From positions 29,884,001-29,948,000 of the forward strand of contig NC_088804.1 of assembly GCF_011386835.1 (NCBI RefSeq): a DNA stretch of 64,000 nt. Direction: 5' to 3'. The stretch is from Chrysemys picta bellii (Eukaryota). The position numbers and the translations under genes are program-made. The notes beneath the pieces were generated by a model. That model searched no databases, was not told the origin of the DNA, and saw only the letters and a list, made by a program, of their open reading frames with translations. This document shows positions 14,071 to 24,893 of the stretch, piece by piece; positions within the stretch are counted from its first letter, which is position 1; every line of letters begins with the position of its first letter.

Positions 14071-14237
14071 TCAACAAATTGTAATCCACTAACCCCCTCT
14101 CTTTGTCTTTTAACTGCAGCGGTGTTAATGGGCCACTCAACTTTGAATGGTCCCTTAGAATATGTGCTAACTTATGCTAAACTATCTATCTGTTCCACCT
14201 TGCATTTAGCTGTGATGCTAGGAGTATCTGCTTTACT

Positions 14238-14277
14238 AGACCCAAAGAAGAGCTCTGTGTGATCCAAAAGCTTGTCT
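14238..14277 (+). ncRNA. Degenerate minimal hammerhead ribozyme in the PLE terminal repeat
   Basis: AGAC-CCAAAGA-agagctctgtgtgatc-CAAA-AGCTT-GTCT. The stem I AGAC/GTCT and AAGCTT palindrome are retained, but the CUGANGA and GAAA cores are mutated. Confidence 0.5.
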
Positions 14278-14704
14278 CTCTCCCAACAGAAGTTTTGTCA
14301 CCCACCTCATCTCTCTACAGCTCTTTAGGAGTCAAATGGTCAAGCTCTTACCTTCTGAAAAAGAAAAGGTCATTTTAAAGTCTCATGGGAATAATGTTCA
14401 AAGGAGAAATAGAATAGAAATAGCTGAGTTCAAAATTGGCCATTTTTTGAGTAATGTAATTCTGAAAATCGTAAATATAAGGCCAAATGTTCCTTACTGG
14501 ACTGTAAAGAAATGGTTATAATCCCCCTAGTAAGGTTATTTTGTTTGTGCATAGTGATTATGTGTTTGCAGCAAGATCTACTGTCAGGGCATGGTCAAGA
14601 AGAGAATATATTATTTTAGAATCACAATAATTAAATCAATTATAGCCTTCCACAAGTGATTTTGAAGGCACTAAATATGGCAACTTCCCCAAAATTAATC
14701 ATAA

Positions 14705-14932
14705 AGCAGATCTTTTAGAAAAATGTCCAATCTTGATTTAAAAATTGTCATTGGTGGAGAATCCACCACAAGCCTTGGTAAATTGTTCCAGTGGTTAATT
14801 ACTCAAATTGTTAAAAATGTACACCTTATTTCCTGTCTGAATTTGTCAAACTTCAGCTTCCAGATCTTGGATCATGCTATAATTTTCTCTAGTTTATAGA
14901 GCCCATTATTAAATATTTGTTTCTCATATAGG
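14705..14932 (-). mobile_element. CR1 LINE 3' fragment
   Basis: GGAGAATCCACCACA...TTGTTCCAGTGGTTAATTACTC...CCTTATTTCCTGTCTGAATTTGTC...CTTCAGCTTCCAG matches the reverse complement of the CR1 ORF2 C-terminal region as I recall it. Confidence 0.7.
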
Positions 14933-14964
14933 GGATAGAGAGAGAGAGAGAAATAAATTGTTTG

Positions 14965-15357
14965 GGCTAAATTTAAATAAATGTTGGGTAAACAACTTTT
15001 GAGTAGAACAATGAGACTAACCAATTTTTCATTTCTCTTGTTGTTGGGGGAGGAGGATAAATTGTTTCAGGTCAAGCAAAATGTTTCATTAGACCCAAAA
15101 CAAAATCTTTTGTTTACTTTTTCAATTCCAAATGACTCTTGGTTTCTAATTTTACTTTTATTTAAAAATGTAAAAAGCCTCAAAAATGAAAGTATTTAAG
15201 TTCAGAAATGTAGAAAACCCCCAAAACAAGAACCATTGATTTTTCATAATTTTGTTTTTGTCCAGAAATTTGACCCAAGTTAATGAAAAGTTTCAGTCAA
15301 CCCCAGTGTGCATTTTTCAGCAAAATAAGTTTTGGCCAAAAAATTTCACCCAGCCCT
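14965..15357. mobile_element. Old non-autonomous DNA transposon remnant
   Basis: A/T-run-rich interior ending AAATTTCACCCAGCCCT, resembling the terminus of old sauropsid DNA elements. Other end and TSD not resolved. Confidence 0.3.
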
Positions 15358-16699
15358 TCTTTCGAGACTAGTAAAACAAACTAGAATTTCAGTCTTCAGA
15401 TGTTCAACATTGTATGTGTCCTAAGTCTCTGATGCCTGGCTAGCATAAGACTAAGGGCACATATAATAGCTAACATTGCCCTTTCCACAGTTAAGCACTG
15501 GACACGAACAGACTGACAGATTGAAGCAGAGCCAACATGAATCATAGTCTCAACACATCTGTTAGCAAAGCCGAGGCAACATCTTACATAAAACTGTGCT
15601 GTTCTTCTTTAAGGCCAAGTGGCTGCAGCAGTTCCTAAATTAGTCTCTGGAGGCCCTGGAGCCTGTGTGTTCAGAAACTTGGATGTTATGCTGGATAAAG
15701 CCCCCTAGTAAATTTTACAGATGAGAACAGAAATAAAATAGCCAGGACAATTCAGAGGGTTTTCCACACAGTCATTTTTATTACAATAGTAGTTTGCATA
15801 TTCAGATCACAAGTGATATTAAAACAAAATGACAGAAAAGAATAAAAGCCAGGAAATTCACATAGAGGAATGAATAGTACCATATGTCCTCCAGTACTGT
15901 ACCTAGACACAACAGGGTACAGTCAAAGTCATTAAGGCAGCACTCTATTGTGCCTTGTTTTTTGGAAGGCATATGGCATATTACCTCTAATTGTGAAGTT
16001 CCTTGAATGCATTTTTGCTTTTTCAAAGTTATTTTAAAATAGATTTTTTAAGTATTTCTCTGTCTCTAACCCATTTCATTCTTTCTTCTCTTTCACAAGT
16101 ATCAGTATGGAAAAGCGATAGGGTAATTTCTTACTGGATTCTGTTGAGAGCTCCTAAGGAAAACCAGATTCAGAAGAGCCCTTCTCCTGAGATCAATGGA
16201 TTTGAAGCAATAATAAAATACAGGTTTTTGATAGCACTTAATGTTTCTTATCAATGTTCAGCATGTAAGTAACAATATAATACTTGTAATAAAAATGATT
16301 TATTATTATTCAAAACTCAGATTAAAATCCAAAGGCCTAATCAAGCAATATTTTCACAGGCAAGGATCCCTTTAAACCCAGCAAGGGAATTCATCCCTAA
16401 ACCATCTTCAGGCTGATTGTCTATGCTTCCACATTTTTTTGGTGCTTACCCAAACTGAACCATCTCAGGTTTATCCCACAGTAACGGATTATAATGGAGA
16501 AATAATGGTGAGCAAAAAAAAGTTTTTATAGTTGCCATTGACAAATCTTTTGTACAAGATCTAGGAGAAAATGTGCAGATAAATGGCCACTTCCATAACC
16601 CCACTCACTTTTTTTAGTCTGGAAATTGCCCAGAATATGGCTTCCTTTTCACCGTATCAGTGTGGAACACTTATTATCAGTGACATTGAGACTTTAAAG

Positions 16700-16990
16700 C
16701 ACAGTCCTTGGAAGAAGGTGGTATCTGAGTGTTTCAGCTGTGGAGGGAACTTCTGTAGGTCCTGGGGCACAATATTTCTGAGTGTCAGCCACACCATTTT
16801 AGAGTATGTTCTCTTGTGTGCCTGACCACTGCTGCTGTTCTGTGACAAGGGGTGGTGGTGCCCAGCCCCTGCTGGATAGGATAGTCTTTCTATAGTCACT
16901 GGCCTGGAACAGCCCTCATGCATCCTGAATCCAGTTGGGATTTTGACTATACCCTGCTGATATGTGCAAGGCAGGGAAGGATTCACTGCC
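16700..16990 (-). mobile_element. Possible highly decayed L2 LINE 3' fragment
   Basis: Minus-strand translation RTYSKMVWLTLRNIVPQDLQ...TTFFQGLCFK weakly resembles the L2 ORF2 C-terminus (RAFS..GP.LWN.LP.DLR). Confidence 0.3.
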
Positions 16991-18671
16991 TGTTCTTATG
17001 AAGTTTCAACACCTCCGACTTCACTCAGCCAAAACTCAGACTTTCAAGAGTTAGGAAAAAAATAGTTAGGCAACCTCATTCCTCAACCTTGGAACTAGTA
17101 TGCCCATTCCTACTTTAATGAAGATTTTAGAATCACTTGTTCCCTGCCCCCGCTCAATCTCTTCTGTATCTGCATGTTGCAATGTCCATTGCATTTTGTA
17201 CAGTGTCAGAAACATCATTTTATTCTTAAGACGCTAACAAGACATATAAGTCTAAATCTCTGAAAAGCTTGAAATTCTCTTTAATGGATTCCTTGAAGTT
17301 CCAGTTTAATGTTTTTAAAAGGTTTTTGATCAAAGTTATCAAAAGGAGAGTGTGAATTACAGAGGAAAGGACACAGGGTGGCGGCTGCTGCTAGGGAGTT
17401 TGTAGTGCTGATGAGTTTGTCAATATCAGGTGATTTAGTCCTGGTGCTTTATTTTACCTCAGGAGTTCTTAAAAAAAAAAAAAGACAGCTGGCAAGAAAG
17501 AATAGTGTTCTGTCCATCAAAGTCCAGCAATACAATTGTAGCCCAGAGTGCAAAGGGAATAACCGCATGAATAATACACACACCAGGCAATGGCTACAAA
17601 GTATCACAATTTAGAAATTCTTATGAGAAAAACCACATATACCAGTTCATTTGGAAATCAAAAAAACAAGTTAATGTCTGGCAAACAGCAAGACATTTAG
17701 TGGTATCCTCTCATGCCCTAGTACTGAGGGTCAACTGTCATTTTACGTTAATATAAAAGCAGACATTCAAACACAAACAGTCACAAAGCAAAGAAAAAGA
17801 CAGGATAAAATGCTAGTGGCTTTTTTTAGGCAGTGAATAGTGAATTTGATTTTGAAAGCTGCCTGCAACTACATTAAATAATTTTGCATTGTGTAGAAAA
17901 CAGTTTGCCATGAAAGACGTCACCTCATATTAAATATAAATAAAACATTAAATTCATAGTAACTGGTAGGGGCTTTCATTATCAAGGATCACAAATTTCT
18001 TTGCAAACTACAGGCCCAACATTTACCCTCAGTTATGTAGATGCAAACCCAACAATAGGTGGTAGTAGCTGCATAACCCAGGGCTCCTAAACATATGGAC
18101 CCATTCAGATGCATCCACCCTGAGGTAGTAGGAGGGCAGCATCATACTGTGCATGAGAAATGTCGACCTAGGGCACTGAAGCAAAGGCCTAGTCCTCTAG
18201 GTTTTGAAAGGCTATGCAGAGCAGAAAGGAGATCAGTTTTTAAGGCTCATCTGAAAGATGACCAAACCAGGAACTGAACAGAATTTAATTTACCTACGTC
18301 AATAGGATGAAGGGCAAAATGGAGCTTTCCATGAGATGATCTTGTGATTCCAGGACACCTATGTGTTTCAATCATGACCATTCATCCAGCCAGCCTTTCC
18401 AGTTCAGTGAGAAGCAAGGATACTTGTCAACACTCTATTACATCAAGGTGCTTAACTGTGTAGACCTTTCACATCTACAAGTGATCTTGGCATGCCATAC
18501 GGCATATGCCAGAGCACCATGGCACAAAAGAGTTAGGAATGGCTCTCTTTCCCATTGAGGCTTAAATGTAGAAACTTTGCATTGCTCTAATAGTATTTGG
18601 GGCATCTACTCTATTATTTTCAGTGTGATTGTGAAAGTTCATGGGACAATTTCCACATTGATGTTAAAATG

Positions 18672-18865
18672 GCACTTTCACTGGTATCTTAACCACTCTG
18701 ACACATGCATTGACATTGTAATGACTCCTATGGGGCCATTACCATGTCGATGCAAGTATGAGAGACACTTCATTGACATCTTAAGAGCTCCAGTGCTTGC
18801 ATTGTCATGGTAATGACTCCTTTGGGGACTCTTACCATGTCAGCAGAAGTATATGAGATACTTCC
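18672..18865. repeat. Diverged tandem duplication, 93-bp period, about 2 copies, each with an internal hairpin
   Basis: Units start at 18672, 18765 and 18858. Shared core TGCATTG(A/T)CAT(T/G)GTAATGACTCCT(A/T)TGGGG...TTACCATGTC...AAGTAT. Confidence 0.8.
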
Positions 18866-19821
18866 AATATTGCAAGTAAAACTGCAAAAATTGACCACAA
18901 GATTGGCATGTTATTAAAAATAAATAAAAGTTGCCCAATGACCAATTGCAACTTTGCAACTTTTTGTCCCTCCTGGTCCCAAGCAAAACAATTCTTGCTA
19001 GAACAGAAAGCTTATTTAACAAAACACACAAACACACACCCCAAGAAAAAAATACTAATTAGAGCAAAAGACAGGTCCATATATATATATATAAATAAAA
19101 GACTGGATCAGCTCCTCATCTGTCCATTACTAATTGTACTTATGATGGGCTTTGAGATCTTCATATGAAAGGAGCTATTGAGCAGCAATAGTACATTCAC
19201 ACACACACACACACCCCCCAAAAAACAAGTTGGGGCCAGATTGTCAAAAGACCTCAATTTGCATTTAGTCACCTAATTAATGTCAAATTTTCAAAAGAGC
19301 CCAGCACCTCCCTTTATGACACTTGTTTTGAGTTAGTCTTTGCTAATCTAGCAATTAGGGTCTGTCCAAGGATCTGTGCTTGGTGGTAATGGAGCAAAAT
19401 AACATCGTGCAACCACACAACATAAATGGCTAAAGAGCTAAGAGTTAAAATGAATTTCATTAAATAGCCCAGAGTCTGAAAATTATTCTCTCAAATGTTT
19501 TGGGTAGTATTTCCAAAAAGTGATACACTCATAGCCCTGATTTGCAAACTCTTATGCACATAATGTAACTTTATCATCATGAATTTATTACCATCCCTGG
19601 GTAGTGACAACTAAAGTATTAACATAAATTAAAGTAGTAAAGTTAAGCATATGCATGAGTGTTTGCAGGATTGGGGCCATAGACTTCTGGATCAGTTCAC
19701 AAACAATTTGCTAACTTAAAGAGGGGAGTACATTCATAAAAATATATTTTTGCACTGAATTACCAGCTACAATTTAGAAATTACAATCTGGATTTGCAAA
19801 TACAGCAACTACCATACAATG

Positions 19822-20041
19822 ACAGGTTTCAGAGTAGCAGCCGTCTTAGTCTGTATCCGCAAAAAGAACAGGAGTACTTGTGGCACCTTAGAGACTAACA
19901 AATTTATTAGAGCATAAGCTTTCGTGGACTACAGCCCACTTCTTCGGATATGCATCCGAAGAAGTGGGCTGTAGTCCACGAAAGCTTATGCTCTAATAAA
20001 TTTGTTAGTCTCTAAGGTGCCACAAGTACTCCTGTTCTTTT
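19822..20041. mobile_element. Short palindromic Penelope-like insertion
   Basis: Perfect 89-bp inverted repeat (19861-19949 / 19954-20042) with a 4-nt spacer. 12-bp TSD TACCATACAATG (19810-19821, 20042-20053). Confidence 0.9.
19952..19991 (+). ncRNA. Minimal type I hammerhead ribozyme motif (CCGAAGA core variant)
   Basis: Stem I GCAT / core CCGAAGA / stem II GTGGG-ctgtag-TCCAC / GAAA / self-complementary AGCT stem III / U17 / stem I ATGC. This matches the known architecture of PLE minimal hammerheads except for C at U4. Confidence 0.7.
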
Positions 20042-20519
20042 TACCATACAATGGTTACCTTTAATAAATTTTCAATTTCCCCTTTGTTTCTAAACTGTGT
20101 TTAGAGATCCTCTTTAAGGGATGATGGGAAACTGGCAAATGGGAAGCACTAGTGGAGTGGCTTCAGTGGACCCAAACTACCAGGAATCAGTCGAGAACTG
20201 ACACTGCCGATCCAGGACGTTTGTAGGAGAACCCTGTCTTATTCTGCGTGTGAACAAATTCAGCATGATATCTTGCCATAGGAATCAGAGATTTTTCCTC
20301 CCTCCCCTTGACTTCCTCTCATTCTCTGTATCATTTCCAGACAATTACTTTCTTGTTTAAAAACGAAGTTCTATGTCCTGTCTTATGTCAGACTAGATCA
20401 GGGTAGTCTTTTTTTTTTTCTTTGTCAAGGTCCCAATTTCTTGGTCAAGGTATAGTTAAGGCCCAGACTCCAGAAAAAAAAAATTAAAAAACCCCAACAT
20501 TAATGATAAGTAAATAAAA

Positions 20520-20595
20520 AGATTTCAGGGTCCATTCAAAAGTGGCTGGCGGTCCAGGTTTGGCCTGTGGTCCATTTATTGATTACCCGTGGACT
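20520..20595. mobile_element. hAT-type MITE terminal fragment
   Basis: GGCGGTCCAGGTTTGGCCTGTGGTCCATTTATTGATTACCCGTG resembles a hAT/Charlie-like MITE terminus. The opposite end was not found. Confidence 0.4.
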
Positions 20596-21708
20596 AGATG
20601 ATCACAGTAGTCCCTCTGGCCTTGGAATCTGTATGACTTTTAGTTTTGCGTTGACACCCACCACCAAAGGAACAGAACACAAGGTCCCTTTGTCCCCCGC
20701 CCAGCAAGATGCTTCTCCTTTCACATCATATCTTTCCATATCCATATTGCACCCCGCCCATCTCCTCTTCTTGACTGCCTCACCACAGCATCCAGGTTCC
20801 CGGCAACAGCATCAGTACCCCTGTGCTGCCACTTCTTTGTCCCCTTCATCCCCCATAAGCAAATTGATGGGGAGTGGGCGATGCCATGGCCACCAGTATG
20901 CAGACCAGTAGAGCTGGCTAGGCACTGCACTGTTTCCATGGCTGCAGTGTAATACTTCCTTTCCAGAGCAAGAGAGGAGCAAAGAAGGAATTGTGAATCA
21001 TAATTCCCTTTTTGGGGGGGAAGGTAGAGAGGGAGTATTCTTGCCAGTGTGGCACAGCTGTGCACTGCCCCATTCTCAGTTCACCTTGAAGGTCCAATCT
21101 AGTTCATAGATATAGATACACACATCTCAAGCTCCTCAGTGAAGATAGTCACTTACACTTACATTAGCAAACTTTTTGCACTTCCTAATCAGGGCAAAAC
21201 TTCCATTGAGGTCAAGTAATTTTGGGACGGTGTTTTGAGGTCAACAGTGGGTTTTGTCTGAGGATTTGGCCCATTAAGAAAATACACTGATGGGGCAAGT
21301 TTTGTGGGTATTTTTAAGGTAAGTGTTTTCCGTCTGAGCAAGCTTAATTAAAGCTAATGAGACTTGAGGAAAGGGAATGAAATAAAAGCACTGGGAAAAC
21401 TAGAATAGCTGGAAAAAGGACAGCAGGAGCCTTGAGAGCTATTTATTCCTTGGGTCATTTCTGTTAAGGATTCAGTGTATTATAAGGGAAATGAAATTGG
21501 ATAACATTAAGGGACGTGGAAAGTTCAATATCAGCCTGTATATACCAGCCGTAGACTGTAATTACAGATGAAGTACTGTATAATGCTATCCACTTACTGC
21601 TGGGTAGTAATACTAAAATAATTTCACCCTCCCCACACAAGTGTTATAGGATTCTACTATTATTTTCTTCCAACAGAAGTTTTATTTCTCTATGGGTCTG
21701 GACACCCA

Positions 21709-22836
21709 GGGCTAGATCCACGAATGGATTTAGCCACCTAAATCCAAAATTCAGATCCTCAAAATCTGATGCCTAACATGCCATGGCATCTAAGTTTCCA
21801 TGGCACTGAAAAAGGTGCTGACAGCTGGTGCCTATCTCACACCTAAACCTTGGCAGGATTCTCAAACTAGAAATACCCTTGCCTACCTCACCTGTAGGTC
21901 CCAATCCAGCAGGTGTCCTCAGAACCACCTAACAAATCAGGCCCTTACAAAACACAAGCAGAGCAAGAGCAGCCCTCCACATAACCTTTAGTCCAGTAGT
22001 TAGAGCATTCATTAAGGATGTAGGATACCTGGATTCAAATCCCCCTCTCTGCCTGATATGCAGCAGAGATGTGAAGCTGTGTCTTCATTCTCTCAGGCGA
22101 GTCCCCAACCACTGGACTATGCAGTGGCTCCTTCAATCTCTCCTGTTGAAGATGTTCCACTTTGTGTAAATAATCCAATAGTCAATGAGCCAGAGAAAGG
22201 GTATGAATGACTCTTCCACCTGATGGCTCACAAGGGAAGAAAGAAACCCATGTTCAAGTCCCTGCTCCAATGGCCATTTTCAAAACTCAAGTTCAAGTCC
22301 CTGCTCCAATGGGAACAGTTTCAAGCAGGACAGATTGAGACAGCCACAGCCAAGTCATTAGGGCACTCTCATGAGAGGTAGGAGATAGGGTTTCAAATCC
22401 ATCAGGCAGCGAGGATTTAAGCCTGGGTCTCCCACGTAAATGCTCTAACCACGGAGCTCAAAGTTAATGGTGGGCATTGCCACTTTCACTTTGAGAACAC
22501 TTAGGAACCCAACTCCAGGAGACAGTTCACAGCTGTGAATCCCAAGTGACCATAGGTACATTCCTCTTGCCTGGAGTTAGGCATGTAAATTCCCTTCCAG
22601 GGGTGGTGCTGAGACCAGACCCACCTACTCAGCCTTTCCCACTGGCTAGGATAGGTGGCTGCCTGTTCAGCCTGCTGTGCTGGCTTTCGTGGATCCCATT
22701 CTAGGCAAATTCTCCCCTTACATGGTATAGGAAGTCTGGGTGCCTAACTCGGGGCTCAGGACTTCATTAGGCAGCAGGATGCCTAAAGTTAGGCATTGCA
22801 ACACTTGACCCTAAGACCTCTTCGTGGCTCCATCCC
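21709..22836. mobile_element. TIR-bounded non-autonomous element (Harbinger-like ends) with internal tRNA-like modules
   Basis: Ends GGGCTAGATCCACGAA... and ...TTCGTGGCTCCATCCC. Repeated TAGGCA/TGCCTA subterminal motifs. A/B-box-like modules at 21989-22045(+), 22066-22119(-), about 22220-22273(+), 22348-22400(+) and 22413-22459(-). No clean TSD. Confidence 0.65.
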
Positions 22837-23992
22837 CAGGAATCTTAGCAAATGGAATCTGCTATTGAAATGTGGATGAGGGAAGATAGTGAGTGGTGAA
22901 CTCTCCAAAGGGGGAAATGAGATTCTCCCCCAAATGTTGTGGATGGGGACGCAGGATGGAAGTGGCAGTAATCCACACAAAATATGGTGCCTGGGTAAAA
23001 AAGAAAGTTGTTGCCATTCCAGAACAGAGGACAGTGGTGTCAATGAAAATGAACCGTGTCCAAGCCATAGCATAGCAAATGGCCTGTCAGCTTTGCAGTA
23101 GCTTTTGTGCAATGGCCTTGCAGGGTCACTAGCGACAAAGGCAGTCCTGATTTTCTCTTCACTATTTCTTTCAGTTTCATTAGGCAGTCGTCAAGTTTTG
23201 GGTGTCTCATTAATTCTTTGTATCTCATGTGTATCTAATAACAACCCTCGTACAGATTTTCTCATAGTTTTGCCCAGCTCCTGTATTGTTTGTCAAGCTA
23301 GAAACAATGTTCTTTACTTTTCCCAGAGTGAGCAAGTCTGTTCTTTCAGAAATAAACAAATTAGTGGGATTTGGCACCCGGGGCATTCTATGCTTCCCTC
23401 TGCCTCTTCATGTCTTTTTGAGTCTTCAACAAAATAGCTTTAAGTTCTCTTGTGGTATTTTATCTATGCTCATCCTCTTCTCTCTCTCGCTGTCTGTCTC
23501 TGACACACAGTTGCAAGTCAAGCCCTGGGCTTGCCTCTTGCACACACTGGAAGTTCAAAATTACCTCCTGGTTGCAGGGATGCCATTCAGAATATTACTG
23601 TATAGTTCAAGAGCTCAGTTGGCTTCCACAGCTGAGAAACTTTTTGAAATTTCTGGTAGTTTAGTGACACAACTTTCTGCTTTTAACTGTTTCTTGACAG
23701 CCTAAGGGACAGCAAACATGCTCATTCAAGATTTGTTTAACACCGTGAGCAATTTGCTGAAGTAGTTATTTCACAAGTGATGGGCTTTATTGTAACTTTT
23801 GAGTGCCAAAATATAGTAGACCCTCAGGGTTTAAAGAGTTTTAATATGGCACAGTTCTCTTACAAGGAATTTGAAGATGTCCTGATTATTGTGTGTGTAC
23901 ATGTGGTCATTTGAACCTTACTTGGCTGGTTATACAGTTATACATGTATAGAGTATTGCAAGATGGTGGTATGACTAAGCAGACTACATTAG

Positions 23993-24893
23993 TGTAACGA
24001 TTTGGGGAATCTGTCTCTGTACAGTTTATGATTCTGTTTGTTATTTGGAGGATTTTCTGTGTGTATGAGTCAGACTGCAAACTCCATTTTGAACCTAGAG
24101 CTTGTGTGCCTTCTCTGTTGTCCTTTTACCTCCATGTTGGACTGAAATTTTAATGGGTGGTGTCACAGAGCTAACAATTTTGATAGTTTTCTCTTCAAAT
24201 GAAACACCCTCGGACAAAGAAGATGGTCAGGCCAAGAAAACCAATCCACCCAGGCTGGTAACTCTCTGCAATGGCTTATGTGATGTGAATTTTGATTACC
24301 TGATGATGCTGATCAGGAGGTCATCTGACAAAGGGACTGCAATTGTAGAGAGAGCTGAAAAGAGACCAGAAAGCAAGACTGTGCTGCAGGAAACTCTGAC
24401 CTAATCCCAAATAATGTTCCAGAGGGATGACGATAATAAGGAAGAGGAAGTGTTTTACTGTTTTGTCTGGATCTGTATGTCTTTTAGGCTGTCTAAAGTA
24501 AAGAATAGTTGTTTTAGGGTTCCTTTTCAAAGCCTCTGTGTTATGTGCTTTAACTATCATGTGTCCCTGGAAAGGTAAACTACAATGCCAGAGAGGCCAC
24601 AAAATTAGCGTTCAGTGAGAGAGTGTGCTTAAGCAACTAAGGTGTCTTGGGAGGTCAGCACTAGTCCTGATGGCTCAGGGCAGCTGGACCATGAAGGGGT
24701 AACAGACAGAGGCTGTGCCCAGGAAATGTGCCAGAGAGGTCAAAGATCGAGACAGTGCTGGAGTATACCCAGTCCAAGGGAAGCTTGAAAGAGCCCAAGA
24801 ACCACGGACTGGTCCCTGGCTTTTATAACCCTTTCTTTGAGCATCTGTGTGAGAGGGAAGCCACAGTGAAATCTTTGTTCACTGGGGATCACA
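23993..24893 (+). mobile_element. Probable solo LTR, about 900 bp
   Basis: Begins TGTAACG, candidate end GGGGATCACA (TG...CA), with LTR-like composition. No matching TSD found, so the right boundary is tentative. Confidence 0.45.

Larger units (their letters stand above)
12738..14317 (+). mobile_element. 5'-truncated Penelope-like retroelement (PLE)
   Basis: Decayed RT and GIY-YIG coding region followed by the terminal repeat region: degenerate hammerhead, then CAACAGAAG...CACCCACCTCATCTCTCTA. Confidence 0.9.

Noticed and set aside
18121-18132. TGAGGTAGTAGG, identical to the first 12 nt of let-7 miRNAs
   Set aside because: The sequence diverges after 12 nt (AGGGCAGC rather than TTGTATAG) and there is no complementary star arm, so it is not a let-7 precursor.
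18672-18865. CRISPR-like repeat-spacer pattern
   Set aside because: Only two diverged units, spacers are themselves homologous, the context is eukaryotic and there are no cas genes.
22252-22312. Exact 22-bp direct repeat GTTCAAGTCCCTGCTCCAATGG
   Set aside because: Most simply a local slippage or duplication inside the TIR element.
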